From: a virus
Lineage: Duplodnaviria > Caudoviricetes
Length of the DNA: 56,956 nucleotides
Strand: one strand, 5' to 3'
IMG/VR virus record: IMGVR_UViG_3300036791_000660
Location: 1 to 56,956 of that record
The translations under genes were made by a program, and so were the position numbers. The notes under the pieces were generated by a model. It was given only the letters and a program-made list of their open reading frames with translations. It did no database searches and was not told the DNA's origin. Shown here piece after piece: positions 17,536-26,514 of the stretch (within the stretch, counting starts at the first letter, position 1; every line of letters begins with the position of its first letter).

Positions 17536-17909
17536 AGAAGCTCATCCTGCTGCTGGCGCTGGCCGGCGGCGTCGCCGCCTGCGGCGAACCGGACTACAGC
17601 CACACCGGCTGCATCTACGAGAACACCGGCAAGCCATCGCCGGGGCCGTGCACCGAATACGCGACGCCGGCAACCTACGCCAAAATTCAGGCAGCAAAGG
17701 ACCACGAACGCGCGGTCATAGAGGACGACCGCAAGTTCTGGGCGCTGTCGCCCGAGGAACGTCAGCGCGAGGCCGACCGGCGGCAGCGTGCGGCCAATCA
17801 GACAATGGCGCGCATCGACGCGATGAACGCAGCGGTCGGCGCCTGCCGAGAGTGGGTATCGGTGCCGGGCGGCTACCATGGCCTGCCAGAGCCGGTGTGC
17901 GTGCGATGA
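17532..17909 (+). CDS. Lipoprotein
   Basis: MKKLILLLALAGGVAAC lipobox. Confidence 0.6.
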   Translation: MKKLILLLALAGGVAACGEPDYSHTGCIYENTGKPSPGPCTEYATPATYAKIQAAKDHERAVIEDDRKFWALSPEERQREADRRQRAANQTMARIDAMNAAVGACREWVSVPGGYHGLPEPVCVR

Positions 17910-18110
17910 GCAATCCACAGATGACGGTGCGCCAGCTTCACGCGGCGCTCACCAAGATACTGCGCGAGCATGCCGACCGGCCTGTCACCATCTGGCTGCC
18001 GGGCTCGAAGATCGACCTGCATGGGGTGATCGGCCCGATGGCTGAGCCCAGAGGTGGGCCGGTCGAGGTGTTGATCGAAGGCAACCTGCGCGACGGGAGC
18101 GCTCTGGGCA

Positions 18111-18470
18111 ATGAGTAGGAACTACAAGACCAAGATCGGCGTGCAGTGGGGCAGCCTTGCGCTCGCCAGCACGAACCTCTCCGACAAGGCCGAGACCCAG
18201 TTGCGGGTACGCCGGGTGAAGCCTTCGGACGAACCCGAGCACGTGCAGGTCGAGGTCGAGATCGTCCGCGTCGGCGCGATGCGGCGCGCCAGCTATCACG
18301 GCTACATCCAGCTTGACGCCAAGCAGGCCAAGGCACTGGCGACGGCGGTCAGCAAGGTCCAGCCGGACTACGACCGGGACTCGCCGCTCGCCGGCCTGCA
18401 AGCCGATTCGGACAAGGCGTGGGCCGAATTCTACGGCATCGACCCCAAGGATATGGCGAGGTTCCTGTGA
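18111..18470 (+). CDS. Hypothetical protein
   Basis: Coupled ORF. Confidence 0.55.
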   Translation: MSRNYKTKIGVQWGSLALASTNLSDKAETQLRVRRVKPSDEPEHVQVEVEIVRVGAMRRASYHGYIQLDAKQAKALATAVSKVQPDYDRDSPLAGLQADSDKAWAEFYGIDPKDMARFL

Positions 18471-18988
18471 AAAAATGTAACGTGAACCCCAAGCTTCTGA
18501 TCGACTTCTTCGACGGCACCGAGTTCGACTTCCTGTCCAATTTCCACCCGGCCTGCATCACGTGGGAGGGCAAGAAGTGGCCAAGCACCGAGCACGCCTT
18601 TCAGGCGGCCAAGACGACCGACGTGGCCTATGCCGAGCGCATCCGGCGCGCCCTGTCGCCGGGTCACGCCAAGTCGCTCGGCCAGCGGTCCTCGTTCATG
18701 CACTACGGCGTGGCGCTGCGGCCCGACTGGGACACGGTGAAGTACGACATCATGCTCGACCTGCTGCGGCTCAAGTTCGCCATCCCGTCGCTGCGCAAAG
18801 CCCTGCTGGCGACCGGCAACGCCAAGCTGGTTGAGGGCAACAGTTGGAACGACCGTGACTGGGGCGTCTGCGGCGAGGGCGCCAACAACCTCGGCCGCTC
18901 GCTGATGCTGGTGCGCGCCGAGATCAGGGCCGAGATCGCCGAGGCCAATCTGGAATATCTGACAGGAGAGAAGCATGGGACTCTTTAG
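18467..18988 (+). CDS. NADAR (YbiA-like) family ADP-ribose hydrolase
   Basis: FLSNF..STEHAFQAAK..RPDWD..KF..LLATG..LVEG..DRDWG..G.NNLGRSLM.VR. Confidence 0.9.
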   Translation: MKKCNVNPKLLIDFFDGTEFDFLSNFHPACITWEGKKWPSTEHAFQAAKTTDVAYAERIRRALSPGHAKSLGQRSSFMHYGVALRPDWDTVKYDIMLDLLRLKFAIPSLRKALLATGNAKLVEGNSWNDRDWGVCGEGANNLGRSLMLVRAEIRAEIAEANLEYLTGEKHGTL

Positions 18989-19244
18989 ACCGAGTGACGC
19001 TGAACTGGCCTTGCGCGCCGCCGAGGAACGCCGGCGAGTCGAAACCGCCGAGATCGAAATGATGATGGTCGATCCGGCTACCGGCAGCTACATGAAGGTC
19101 AGGCGCTACGCGCCCGGCCATGTCGCCGACCGGGCCATTGCCGTGGCGCTCGACCGCATGGTCAGCGCGCTCAACAATCAACCGGCGCTGCCGGCGCCCG
19201 CGCCCAGTGCCCCGGCACTGCTGACCGACCGCAGGAGCCGCTGA
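18975..19244 (+). CDS. Hypothetical protein
   Basis: AGGAGAGAAGC leader. Confidence 0.55.
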   Translation: MGLFRPSDAELALRAAEERRRVETAEIEMMMVDPATGSYMKVRRYAPGHVADRAIAVALDRMVSALNNQPALPAPAPSAPALLTDRRSR

Positions 19245-19606
19245 TGGATGTCCTGCTGATCTTGGGCGGCGTCTTCGTCGTCTACTTCCTTGCCTTCAAC
19301 AGGGACACGAAGATCAAGAAGACCACGCATGTCGATGCCGATGGAACTCGTCATGAGACGCAAGTCGTGGGCGAGGTGCCTGTCTCGCTGGGCGAGCGCG
19401 CGGGGGTCGCTGCCATCATGACGATCTTCATGCCGTTCGTTGCCCCCTTCCTCGTGCTGGGCTGGCTGTTTGGCGAGCGCAAGCGGCCGACCATCCAAGT
19501 CGAGCACACCATGAGCCGGGACAACGAGAAGATCACGGTGCGCGGCACCGCCGATCCCAAGGCCAACAAGGACGTGATCGACATCCTGAAGCGGAGCGGG
19601 TCGTGA
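19244..19606 (+). CDS. Membrane protein
   Basis: Two hydrophobic segments; AGGAG RBS. Confidence 0.6.
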   Translation: MDVLLILGGVFVVYFLAFNRDTKIKKTTHVDADGTRHETQVVGEVPVSLGERAGVAAIMTIFMPFVAPFLVLGWLFGERKRPTIQVEHTMSRDNEKITVRGTADPKANKDVIDILKRSGS

Positions 19607-19935
19607 AAGGCAAGCTCTACATCTTCAAGCCGGGTCAGCGCGTGCCCGAGACGCGCGACCTGTTCGCGCCGCTCGGCCATCTCGACATCCACGCCATCGT
19701 CGGCGGCCCCATCGAACTGGTGCCGGGCTTCAACGAGTTCGACGGCGAACGCTGCGCGGTCTTCTGCCACGAGGAGGGCAAGCTCATCGACCCGCCGCTG
19801 CCGGCCAACAACGTGGCCACGGCGCTGTGGGCCGACACGCTCGGCATGCCGGTCTACGTGCTGGCTGGGCGCGATTTCCTCGTCGGCACCATCGCCATCG
19901 TGACCGGCGACGATGAACTGATGAACGCGATGTGA
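19603..19935 (+). CDS. DUF3846-like protein
   Basis: IVGGPIE..CHEEGKL..LPANNVAT..LVG.IAIV. Confidence 0.7.
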   Translation: MKGKLYIFKPGQRVPETRDLFAPLGHLDIHAIVGGPIELVPGFNEFDGERCAVFCHEEGKLIDPPLPANNVATALWADTLGMPVYVLAGRDFLVGTIAIVTGDDELMNAM

Positions 19936-19970
19936 TTGACATATCCCGGCAGCATTCCTAAATATAGGGT
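19936..19970 (+). promoter_or_regulatory. sigma70 promoter with a degenerate CCT-N6-AGGG site
   Basis: TTGACA-17 nt-TAAATA. Confidence 0.75.
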
Positions 19971-19994
19971 GTATGAGAAGGAGTATCACCTACG

Positions 19995-20252
19995 ATGACG
20001 ACCAAGCAGGAACGGGACAAGCGCCTGCTCGACCAGATCGGCACCTACCTGTACGGCGAACGCTGGCAGAGCACGCTGGCCGAGCACCTGAAGCTCAATC
20101 CGCGCACCGTGCGCGGCTGGCTCGAAGGCCGCTCGAACATCTTGCCGCCGGTCTGGGAGCAGATCGCGGTACTGGTCGAGAAGAAGGTCTCGCGCGGCCC
20201 AGACGTGGCCGAGCAGATGAAGAAGAAGCTGGCAACACTGGAGGCCGCATGA
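19995..20252 (+). CDS. Cro-like HTH DNA-binding protein
   Basis: LYGERWQSTLAEHLKLNPRTVRGWLEG. Confidence 0.75.
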   Translation: MTTKQERDKRLLDQIGTYLYGERWQSTLAEHLKLNPRTVRGWLEGRSNILPPVWEQIAVLVEKKVSRGPDVAEQMKKKLATLEAA

Positions 20253-20584
20253 AGGTCGCGATGAAGACGCTGGTCGATTTCGACAACGAACCGCTGAAGG
20301 CGGGCACCATCATCCTGACCACGCAGGTGGTGATGGTGAACTGCCTGATGGCCGACGTGCCGCCCAACGTGCCGCGCCGCACCGGGCAGGACGTGGCGAC
20401 GCGCGTGCAGCTTGCCATGGCGATCCACAAGATGAAGGAGGGCGAGGAGATCGAGATCAGCCTCGACACCGCCAAGATGCTGAAGGACGACGTGCTGCGG
20501 CTCTATCCGCCGATCACCAGCCACCAGCTTCTGGCGATGCTCGACCCGGCGCTGTTCTCGCCCGGCAAAGAGAAGGCCAACTGA
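20249..20584 (+). CDS. Hypothetical protein
   Basis: GGAGG RBS; ATGA overlap. Confidence 0.6.
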   Translation: MKVAMKTLVDFDNEPLKAGTIILTTQVVMVNCLMADVPPNVPRRTGQDVATRVQLAMAIHKMKEGEEIEISLDTAKMLKDDVLRLYPPITSHQLLAMLDPALFSPGKEKAN

Positions 20585-20991
20585 TGCAGGCCAAGATTCT
20601 CGAAATCCGCGACAGCGCCACGTACTTCGCCGTGGTGTGCGTCGATATGAACCCCGACATGGACCTGATCGACGTGGTCGCCGAGAAGCCGAGCGACCGC
20701 GTCCGCGAGCGCGCGGATCGCTACGACGCGCAGCGCTATCACCTGCGCCGTCGCGGCTTCCCGTGCGATGGCGTGCCGAATATCGCCATCCACCACATCA
20801 ACTGCGGCGGCGAGGCGGTGTGGAACGACCCCTACGGCTGGAGCCGCGACACACGCACCTACCGGGTGGCACATGAGTACATCTACGACCACTGGGCCGA
20901 GTTGAAGGACGGCGACGTGGTCGATGTCGAGTTCATCCTCGGCGAGACGACCGAGAAGAAAACCAGCGAGAGGATCAGCGACCCGTTATGA
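20584..20991 (+). CDS. Conserved phage hypothetical protein
   Basis: LEIRD.AT..DPYGW..HWAELKDGDVVDVEFILGE. Confidence 0.65.
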   Translation: MQAKILEIRDSATYFAVVCVDMNPDMDLIDVVAEKPSDRVRERADRYDAQRYHLRRRGFPCDGVPNIAIHHINCGGEAVWNDPYGWSRDTRTYRVAHEYIYDHWAELKDGDVVDVEFILGETTEKKTSERISDPL

Positions 20992-21248
20992 CCGACCGCG
21001 AGACCATCCAGCGCACCTACATCCGGGTGTGCGGCGACAGCGGCTTCCGCATGACGGCGGTCGAGGCGGCTGGCTTCACGTCGAAGCTGCTGGACCTCGG
21101 CACTCCCCTGATGGTTTGGCTGGCGCTGGGGCTCGACACCATGGAGGAGATCGCCGTCGGCCGGCACCCGGCGCTGCTCAACCCGCGCTACGCCGACGAG
21201 TGGACGCGCACCCGAGCGAAGACGATTCAACTAGGAGAGAGAGCATGA
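20988..21248 (+). CDS. Hypothetical protein
   Basis: ATGA overlaps at both ends. Confidence 0.5.
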   Translation: MTDRETIQRTYIRVCGDSGFRMTAVEAAGFTSKLLDLGTPLMVWLALGLDTMEEIAVGRHPALLNPRYADEWTRTRAKTIQLGERA

Positions 21249-21514
21249 GCAAGGAACGAGACAGGACGATCTTCAAGCGCCAGACGGTGCACGAGTTCGT
21301 CGGCGGGTTCACCTACGACACGGAAGCCGACGCCGGCTACCTCTACTTGGGCAACAGCGGCGACAGCAAGGTGGCCGTCACCCAGCGCTGCAAGGGCCGG
21401 CGCGATGTCTACCTCGACTTCGATGAGCAGGGCCGCCTGATCGGCATCGAGCTTCTGGGCCGCGATCTGCTCGCCCCGGATTTGATCGAGGCCCTGAAGG
21501 TGACCAGCGAATGA
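21245..21514 (+). CDS. DUF2283-domain protein
   Basis: YDTEADAGYLYL..LDFDEQGRLIGIELL. Confidence 0.75.
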   Translation: MSKERDRTIFKRQTVHEFVGGFTYDTEADAGYLYLGNSGDSKVAVTQRCKGRRDVYLDFDEQGRLIGIELLGRDLLAPDLIEALKVTSE

Positions 21515-21963
21515 ACACGCGCGTCCTCCACATCAGCAACCACGTGCGCGCCGAGATCGCCGCGCTCAAGGCCAAGGCGGCCGAGCCCGGCAACGTCACC
21601 AAGCTCGCGACGGTGGTCGAGATGGCGGGCAAGCAGGCCAAGGGCGAAATCCCCTCCGGCTTCAACGAGGCCCACGTGCCCTTCACCATGGCGATCCCGC
21701 ACGGCTTCTACGTGACCTACACGCACGAGGAGCAGCACCAGTGCACCTGCCGCCACATCAGCGTCAGCGTTGAGTCGGGGCCGGGCAAGGGTCCGCACCC
21801 GACGGCGTTCGGGATGCTGCTGCGCGAGTTCGGTTTCGTGAACACGCTCGACGGCAAGACCAAGCCGTACATCTGGACCAGCACGACGCCGGGCGGCCGG
21901 CTGGTGATCGAGGCCATCGAACCGCTCGACGGCGACATGCACCGCTTACAGAGGAGTGCCTGA
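21511..21963 (+). CDS. Hypothetical protein
   Basis: Coupled ORF; CRHISVSV motif. Confidence 0.6.
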   Translation: MNTRVLHISNHVRAEIAALKAKAAEPGNVTKLATVVEMAGKQAKGEIPSGFNEAHVPFTMAIPHGFYVTYTHEEQHQCTCRHISVSVESGPGKGPHPTAFGMLLREFGFVNTLDGKTKPYIWTSTTPGGRLVIEAIEPLDGDMHRLQRSA

Positions 21964-22232
21964 TGCGCAAGATCATCGCCATCGTCGTCGGCGGCCTGAC
22001 CGGATTCGTGATCGCGCAGGCCGTCTTCCTGCTGATCTCGTCGGCCAACGCCCAGACCGCCTTCGGTTCGGGCCAGAGCACCACCACGAGCACCTGCTAC
22101 AAGCAAGGCAGCGCCCTCGTCTGCGACAACCGGGTCGAGAGCAACACGCCGACGCCCTTTGGCTCGACGCGCAGCAAGACCGTCTGCATCAAGCAGGGCA
22201 GTGCCACCAAGTGCACGACGGAACCGCGATGA
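21963..22232 (+). CDS. Small exported Cys-containing protein
   Basis: Signal peptide; two KQGSA repeats. Confidence 0.55.
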   Translation: MRKIIAIVVGGLTGFVIAQAVFLLISSANAQTAFGSGQSTTTSTCYKQGSALVCDNRVESNTPTPFGSTRSKTVCIKQGSATKCTTEPR

Positions 22233-22690
22233 GTGCCGACATCGCCCGCCTCTACGACATCCTGCGGCGGACCTGTCAGGAGTTCCGCAAGGGCGACGAG
22301 GTGGTGACGAAACAGCAACCCGGCGTCGAGGTGACGGAAGTCTTCATGATGCCGCACGAGAGCGAGGCGCTGCCGGTCTACGAACTGGTGGACCTGCACT
22401 TCATCAAGATCGGCGTGGACAAGGAGACGGCCCCGCTGTTCAAGGACGAGGTGCAGAGCATCCTGAAGGAGCTTGCGCCGCAGTGCCGGCTCGAAGACGG
22501 CCCGAGCTACATCAGTGTGGGGGCCGTGATCGGCGATCAAGGGGCCGCGCTCTGCCTGTTCGCGCTCGGCAAGGTGATGGGTCTGTGGGACATCGTCACG
22601 CCGGCCACGGTCTTCGCCAGCGGCGCCATGGCCGACCAGATGGCGGGCAGCGGCTTCATCATGTGCGCCGGCTGGAGGGCCGACCGTTGA
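22229..22690 (+). CDS. Conserved phage hypothetical protein
   Basis: GPSYISVGAVIGDQGAAL..LG..LWDIVTP. Confidence 0.65.
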   Translation: MSADIARLYDILRRTCQEFRKGDEVVTKQQPGVEVTEVFMMPHESEALPVYELVDLHFIKIGVDKETAPLFKDEVQSILKELAPQCRLEDGPSYISVGAVIGDQGAALCLFALGKVMGLWDIVTPATVFASGAMADQMAGSGFIMCAGWRADR

Positions 22691-22801
22691 ACAGCGACTG
22701 GGAGGAGTGGAAGCGCACCTTGCTGATCGTGACGCTGGGCGGCGTGATCCTGCTGATCGCGATCTCGCTGCTCGGCGACCCCAGTGCGCTGACGATGTGA
22801 C

Positions 22802-23212
22802 ATGATCGAGCAGCCCCGCCGGATGTACTACATCCTCAAGGGGCGCGAGCCAGTCGAGGTGACGTTGGATGAATGGTCGCGCTGGTTCGCGACGAACGAG
22901 CGCCACGTCGCCGACGAGGCGATTGGCAACTTCCGAATCTCGACGGTGTTCCTCGGCATCAACCACAACTTCAGCTTCAGCGGCGACGAGGACGACAGGC
23001 CGCCGATCCTGTTCGAGACCATGATCTTCATGGTCACGGAGGACCAGCAGACGCGCGAGCGCTGGCCCGACTGGGCAAGCACCTACCAGACGCGCTGCGC
23101 GACGTGGTCGGAGGCCGAGACCATGCACCAGATCGCCGTCGCACTAGTCAAGGGCAAGGTCTCGGGCGAGGCCATCCCCGGCCGGCGCGACCTCGAAATG
23201 GGCCTGCTGTAG
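22802..23212 (+). CDS. Conserved phage hypothetical protein
   Basis: ISTVFLGINHNF..LFETMIF..RCATWSEA..H. Confidence 0.65.
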   Translation: MIEQPRRMYYILKGREPVEVTLDEWSRWFATNERHVADEAIGNFRISTVFLGINHNFSFSGDEDDRPPILFETMIFMVTEDQQTRERWPDWASTYQTRCATWSEAETMHQIAVALVKGKVSGEAIPGRRDLEMGLL

Positions 23213-23285
23213 TCCGGGCGACGGTATATATACCTCGCCCGGCGCCATGGTTGACCTGACAGGTTACGGCACTTATGGTCCAGCT

Positions 23286-23570
23286 ATGCTCGACCACGAA
23301 CACAAGCTGCCGATGAATCTGTGCCCGGCCTGCGGCTACGCCGCCGACCGGGCGACCGGCATCACCGGCAAGGAGAAACCCGAGATCGGCGACTACTCGG
23401 TCTGCATCAACTGCGGCGCGCTGCTGCGCTTCGGTGTCGGGTTCACGCTGGAGCACGTCAAAGATGTCAACGATCTCCTGCGCACGTGGAACAAACGGGC
23501 GATCATCAAGGCCAGCCAGTCGTTCATCAGAGCGCGGGGACCGATCCCCAAAAACGAGACGAAACACTAG
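23286..23570 (+). CDS. Zn-finger hypothetical protein
   Basis: CPACG..CINCG. Confidence 0.55.
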   Translation: MLDHEHKLPMNLCPACGYAADRATGITGKEKPEIGDYSVCINCGALLRFGVGFTLEHVKDVNDLLRTWNKRAIIKASQSFIRARGPIPKNETKH

Positions 23571-23581
23571 GAGAGAGCATC

Positions 23582-23818
23582 ATGGGCAGCAAATTGAAAC
23601 CCGGACGGTGGGACTGCTACGCCAACGCCGAGCCCGACGAGCCGATGTTCATCCTGCTGGCGCGCGACAGCAGCGCCCCGACCATGGTGCGGATGTGGGC
23701 GGCGCGCCGGATCAAAGCCATCGAAGTTGGCGAGAAGCCCAAGGACGACGAGCAGCAGATCACCGAGGCGCTCGATCTCGCTGACGCCATGGAAGCGTGG
23801 CGCAAGGAGCACCGATGA
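23582..23818 (+). CDS. Conserved phage hypothetical protein (DEPMFILLARD)
   Basis: CTAGGAGAGAGC leader; family motif. Confidence 0.7.
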   Translation: MGSKLKPGRWDCYANAEPDEPMFILLARDSSAPTMVRMWAARRIKAIEVGEKPKDDEQQITEALDLADAMEAWRKEHR

Positions 23819-23966
23819 CCAAGGCCCAGATGCAGGCGCGCGTCGCCGAACTGGAGGCCTTGCTGCGCCACATCGAGACCGTCATCGAAGCGCTCGGCCC
23901 CAAGGTCATGAAGGAGTTGGCGGCGCTCCGCCGAGAGTGTGACGAGAAGTCGAAGGCCAAGCACCC

Positions 23967-24164
23967 ATGACCGATGACGACCTCACCAAGTTCCTCGGGC
24001 TCACGCCGGCCGAGGCCGAGGTGATTCTGCCCACGCTGACCCAGAGCCTGCGCCAGACCTACGAACGGCTGCACGACGCCGAGATGGCGATCCGGCTGTG
24101 GCAGCAAGGCGTTGCCCCGCTGCCCAAGGGCATCATCGTGCTGCCCGACCGGGGCAACGAATAA
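23967..24164 (+). CDS. Hypothetical protein (last early-arm gene)
   Basis: ORF with phage-like codon usage. Confidence 0.5.
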   Translation: MTDDDLTKFLGLTPAEAEVILPTLTQSLRQTYERLHDAEMAIRLWQQGVAPLPKGIIVLPDRGNE

Positions 24165-24362
24165 ACCCAGCGCGACGCTGGGAAATTGAGGGGGCGCTTC
24201 CGGCCATGATCGTCGGGGCCGGGAGTGTTCAAACTGGGAAGGACGCGCCGGGGGTTCTACCCCACCCGACTGGCCGTCCTTCCCTCTTTTCCCCCGGCCG
24301 ATAGGCCGCCGGGCTCGCCTGACGCGATTCGCGGGGTGGCCAGTTCAGGACCCCAGACGCAG

Positions 24363-24392
24363 AAAAGGCCCCCAGCGGGCGCTGGAGGCCTT
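24363..24392 (-). terminator. Intrinsic terminator of the late arm at the convergence point
   Basis: AAAAGGCCCCCAGC-ggg-CGCTGGAGGCCTT; U tract on the - strand just downstream of the endolysin. Confidence 0.65.
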
Positions 24393-24418
24393 CCTGAAGC
24401 GGTAATTTTATTGCTCCG

Positions 24419-24868
24419 TCAGGCGAAGCCGTAGCGCATGCCCGAGTGGTCGATGGTCATCGCCATGTACCTCGGCGACTCGGCGATGCCGAGATGCACC
24501 CAGCTACCGTGCCCGAAGTGCTCGTGAATCAGTTGGTCGATTCCGAGATCGCGCATCAGCGGCTGCAGCCGCTGGCAGATCGCCAACGGTGAGCCGAAGC
24601 CGGGCGCGATGAAGTCGGCGGCTTGGCCGGTGGCGTGGGCGCTGTTCACCGCGCCGCCGATCTCGGGATGGCTGTTGAGCGCGGGCGAGCGGTAGCCCGA
24701 GGTGATCTGGATGGGGTGACCCAGCACCTCGCGCACGTTCTCCAGACATTGCGCGAGGTCCGTCAAGTTCTCCAGCACCTCGGGCGTCGGGGTGTTGTCG
24801 ATGCCGTGCTTGGCGGCGGTCGCGCTCGCCGTCAATTCTGCCAAGGTGAAATGCGCGGAGAGGTTCAT
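24419..24868 (-). CDS. Endolysin, peptidase M15A family
   Basis: HFTLAEL..ITSGYRSPALN..GGA.NSAH..G.AADF..WVH. Confidence 0.9.
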   Translation of the reverse strand: MNLSAHFTLAELTASATAAKHGIDNTPTPEVLENLTDLAQCLENVREVLGHPIQITSGYRSPALNSHPEIGGAVNSAHATGQAADFIAPGFGSPLAICQRLQPLMRDLGIDQLIHEHFGHGSWVHLGIAESPRYMAMTIDHSGMRYGFA

Positions 24869-25110
24869 GGCTTCTTCACTCCGCCGACCAGCAGCGCCAT
24901 GGCGACCGCCAAGGCGCCGGTCAGCAGGTCGCCCAGTCGGTTGTCGGGGTCACATTTCACGTTGGGATCGCTGATGATCATTGCCGAGTGGATGACGCAC
25001 GCCCCGACCGACGCCAGCACGACGATGCCCTCGACGCCGAGGATCGCTGCCAACAACCAGAACGCTGCTCGCACCAGATCGAACGGCGGGCGGTCATCCA
25101 CACTGGCCAC
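24865..25110 (-). CDS. Two-TM membrane protein (holin candidate)
   Basis: Hydrophobic segments; adjacent to the endolysin. Confidence 0.5.
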   Translation of the reverse strand: MASVDDRPPFDLVRAAFWLLAAILGVEGIVVLASVGACVIHSAMIISDPNVKCDPDNRLGDLLTGALAVAMALLVGGVKKP

Positions 25111-25281
25111 CTAGCCGTGCAATGGCGGGCCGAACACTTTCCAGCCGAGCAGCGCGAGCAGTGCGAACACAAGGATGGTGCCGCCCCACGGGCCGTAGAT
25201 GCCGAGCACGCCGGCATGCCATGCGAGACCGAACACCAGCCAGATCAGCATCAGAATCCAAAATGCGAGACCGAGGCTCAT
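25111..25281 (-). CDS. Small two-TM membrane protein (not in the ORF track)
   Basis: MSLGLAFWILMLIWLVFGLAWH...LLGWKVFGPPLHG; GGAGG RBS. Confidence 0.6.
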   Translation of the reverse strand: MSLGLAFWILMLIWLVFGLAWHAGVLGIYGPWGGTILVFALLALLGWKVFGPPLHG

Positions 25282-25307
25282 GGTGATCCTCCCTTGCTAG
25301 GCCGTGA

Positions 25308-26342
25308 TCATGCTCCGATGACAACACTCGGACCGTTGATCTCGCAGAGCGCTGGGTTGGTGCCGATGAGTTCAACCGACCCGGCCCCCGTCAACTGGGC
25401 GATCTTGGGGTTGCCGCCGCCGTAACCTGTCACATCGCAGGTATCGAGGCGGACCTTGTTGACCACGTAGCCCTGCATCAGCCACGACTGCGGGCCGTAG
25501 GTCGAGCCCGTGCACCGGCGCAGGTAGGCGAAGTTCTCGGCGTAGATCGCCGCCCCGCCGAAGTTGTTCTCGAAGCCGCAGGCATCGACCAGTTCGAGAC
25601 CGCACAAGGCGTTGATGCCGTTCTTGCCGTTCTCGCAGAAGTACAGACCATAGAGCCGCATGTCGTGCGGGCCATCGTAGCCCTCGTAGTAGATGCCATG
25701 GCCGCCGTTCTGGCGCTGCGTGCCACCGAACCAGCGCATCGCCGACATCACGCCGCCTTCGAGATTGGCGAGGTGGATGCCGTCGCCCTTGCAGTTCATC
25801 GTGGACACGCCGTAGAGGTTGCCCTCGAACAGGTCGCCCATCAGCCTGATGCCGACATTGCCTGAGCCTTCGCAGTAGATCGTGCGAAGCTCGGGGTTGA
25901 CCAGCCACTTGTCGGGACGCGCCACGTCGATCTGCAGCAAAGCATCCTCGTTGCCAGCCCCTTGGAACTTGAGGTTGCCGACGAACATCGAGCGCGCACA
26001 CACGCCGGCCGGCACGCTGCTGTCCATGTAGAACCGCAACGCCGGCTGGCCCGACACCCGGCTGTTGATCTTGTGCATGGCGCCATCGAGACCGAACCAG
26101 CCTTGGAAGCTGTCCTTGATCTTGATGGCGACCGGGGCGTCGAGCGTCACGTCGCCGGTCAGCGTCAGCACCGAGTTGTTGTCGATGGCGTTCTGCAACG
26201 CCGTCTGGAAATCGCTGTCGGGGGTCGGTGGCACAGGCGTTCCTCCATTGCTTCCTGATTGAATCATGCTGAGCGCCTTGGCCGATTGGACAGGCGCATC
26301 CTGCAGCCACTTGATGGCGGCATCTTCCTCGGGCGTGCTCAT
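25308..26342 (-). CDS. Right-handed beta-helix (pectin-lyase-like) protein, possible depolymerase
   Basis: Recurrent (N/C)xGxGI turns; position after the tail fibres. Confidence 0.6.
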   Translation of the reverse strand: MSTPEEDAAIKWLQDAPVQSAKALSMIQSGSNGGTPVPPTPDSDFQTALQNAIDNNSVLTLTGDVTLDAPVAIKIKDSFQGWFGLDGAMHKINSRVSGQPALRFYMDSSVPAGVCARSMFVGNLKFQGAGNEDALLQIDVARPDKWLVNPELRTIYCEGSGNVGIRLMGDLFEGNLYGVSTMNCKGDGIHLANLEGGVMSAMRWFGGTQRQNGGHGIYYEGYDGPHDMRLYGLYFCENGKNGINALCGLELVDACGFENNFGGAAIYAENFAYLRRCTGSTYGPQSWLMQGYVVNKVRLDTCDVTGYGGGNPKIAQLTGAGSVELIGTNPALCEINGPSVVIGA

Positions 26343-26514
26343 GGTTTACCCGGCGGATAGTCGCGCGGCTTCGGTTGCGGTAGCGGGTTGGGGATGCCGG
26401 TGTGATGAGGCGGCTCGAACTTCCAGTTCGTCGGCCGAGGCGGCTTGGAGATAGCGGGCTCGGGGGGTTTAACCATTGTCATCCTCCTTGGGTGAACTGC
26501 GCCAGTCTACTCGA

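Noticed and set aside
17682-17696. Array unit 4 matches K-I-Q-A-A codons in the phage's own lipoprotein
   Set aside because: Only five consecutive dinucleotides match, which is expected by chance given the window size and number of units.
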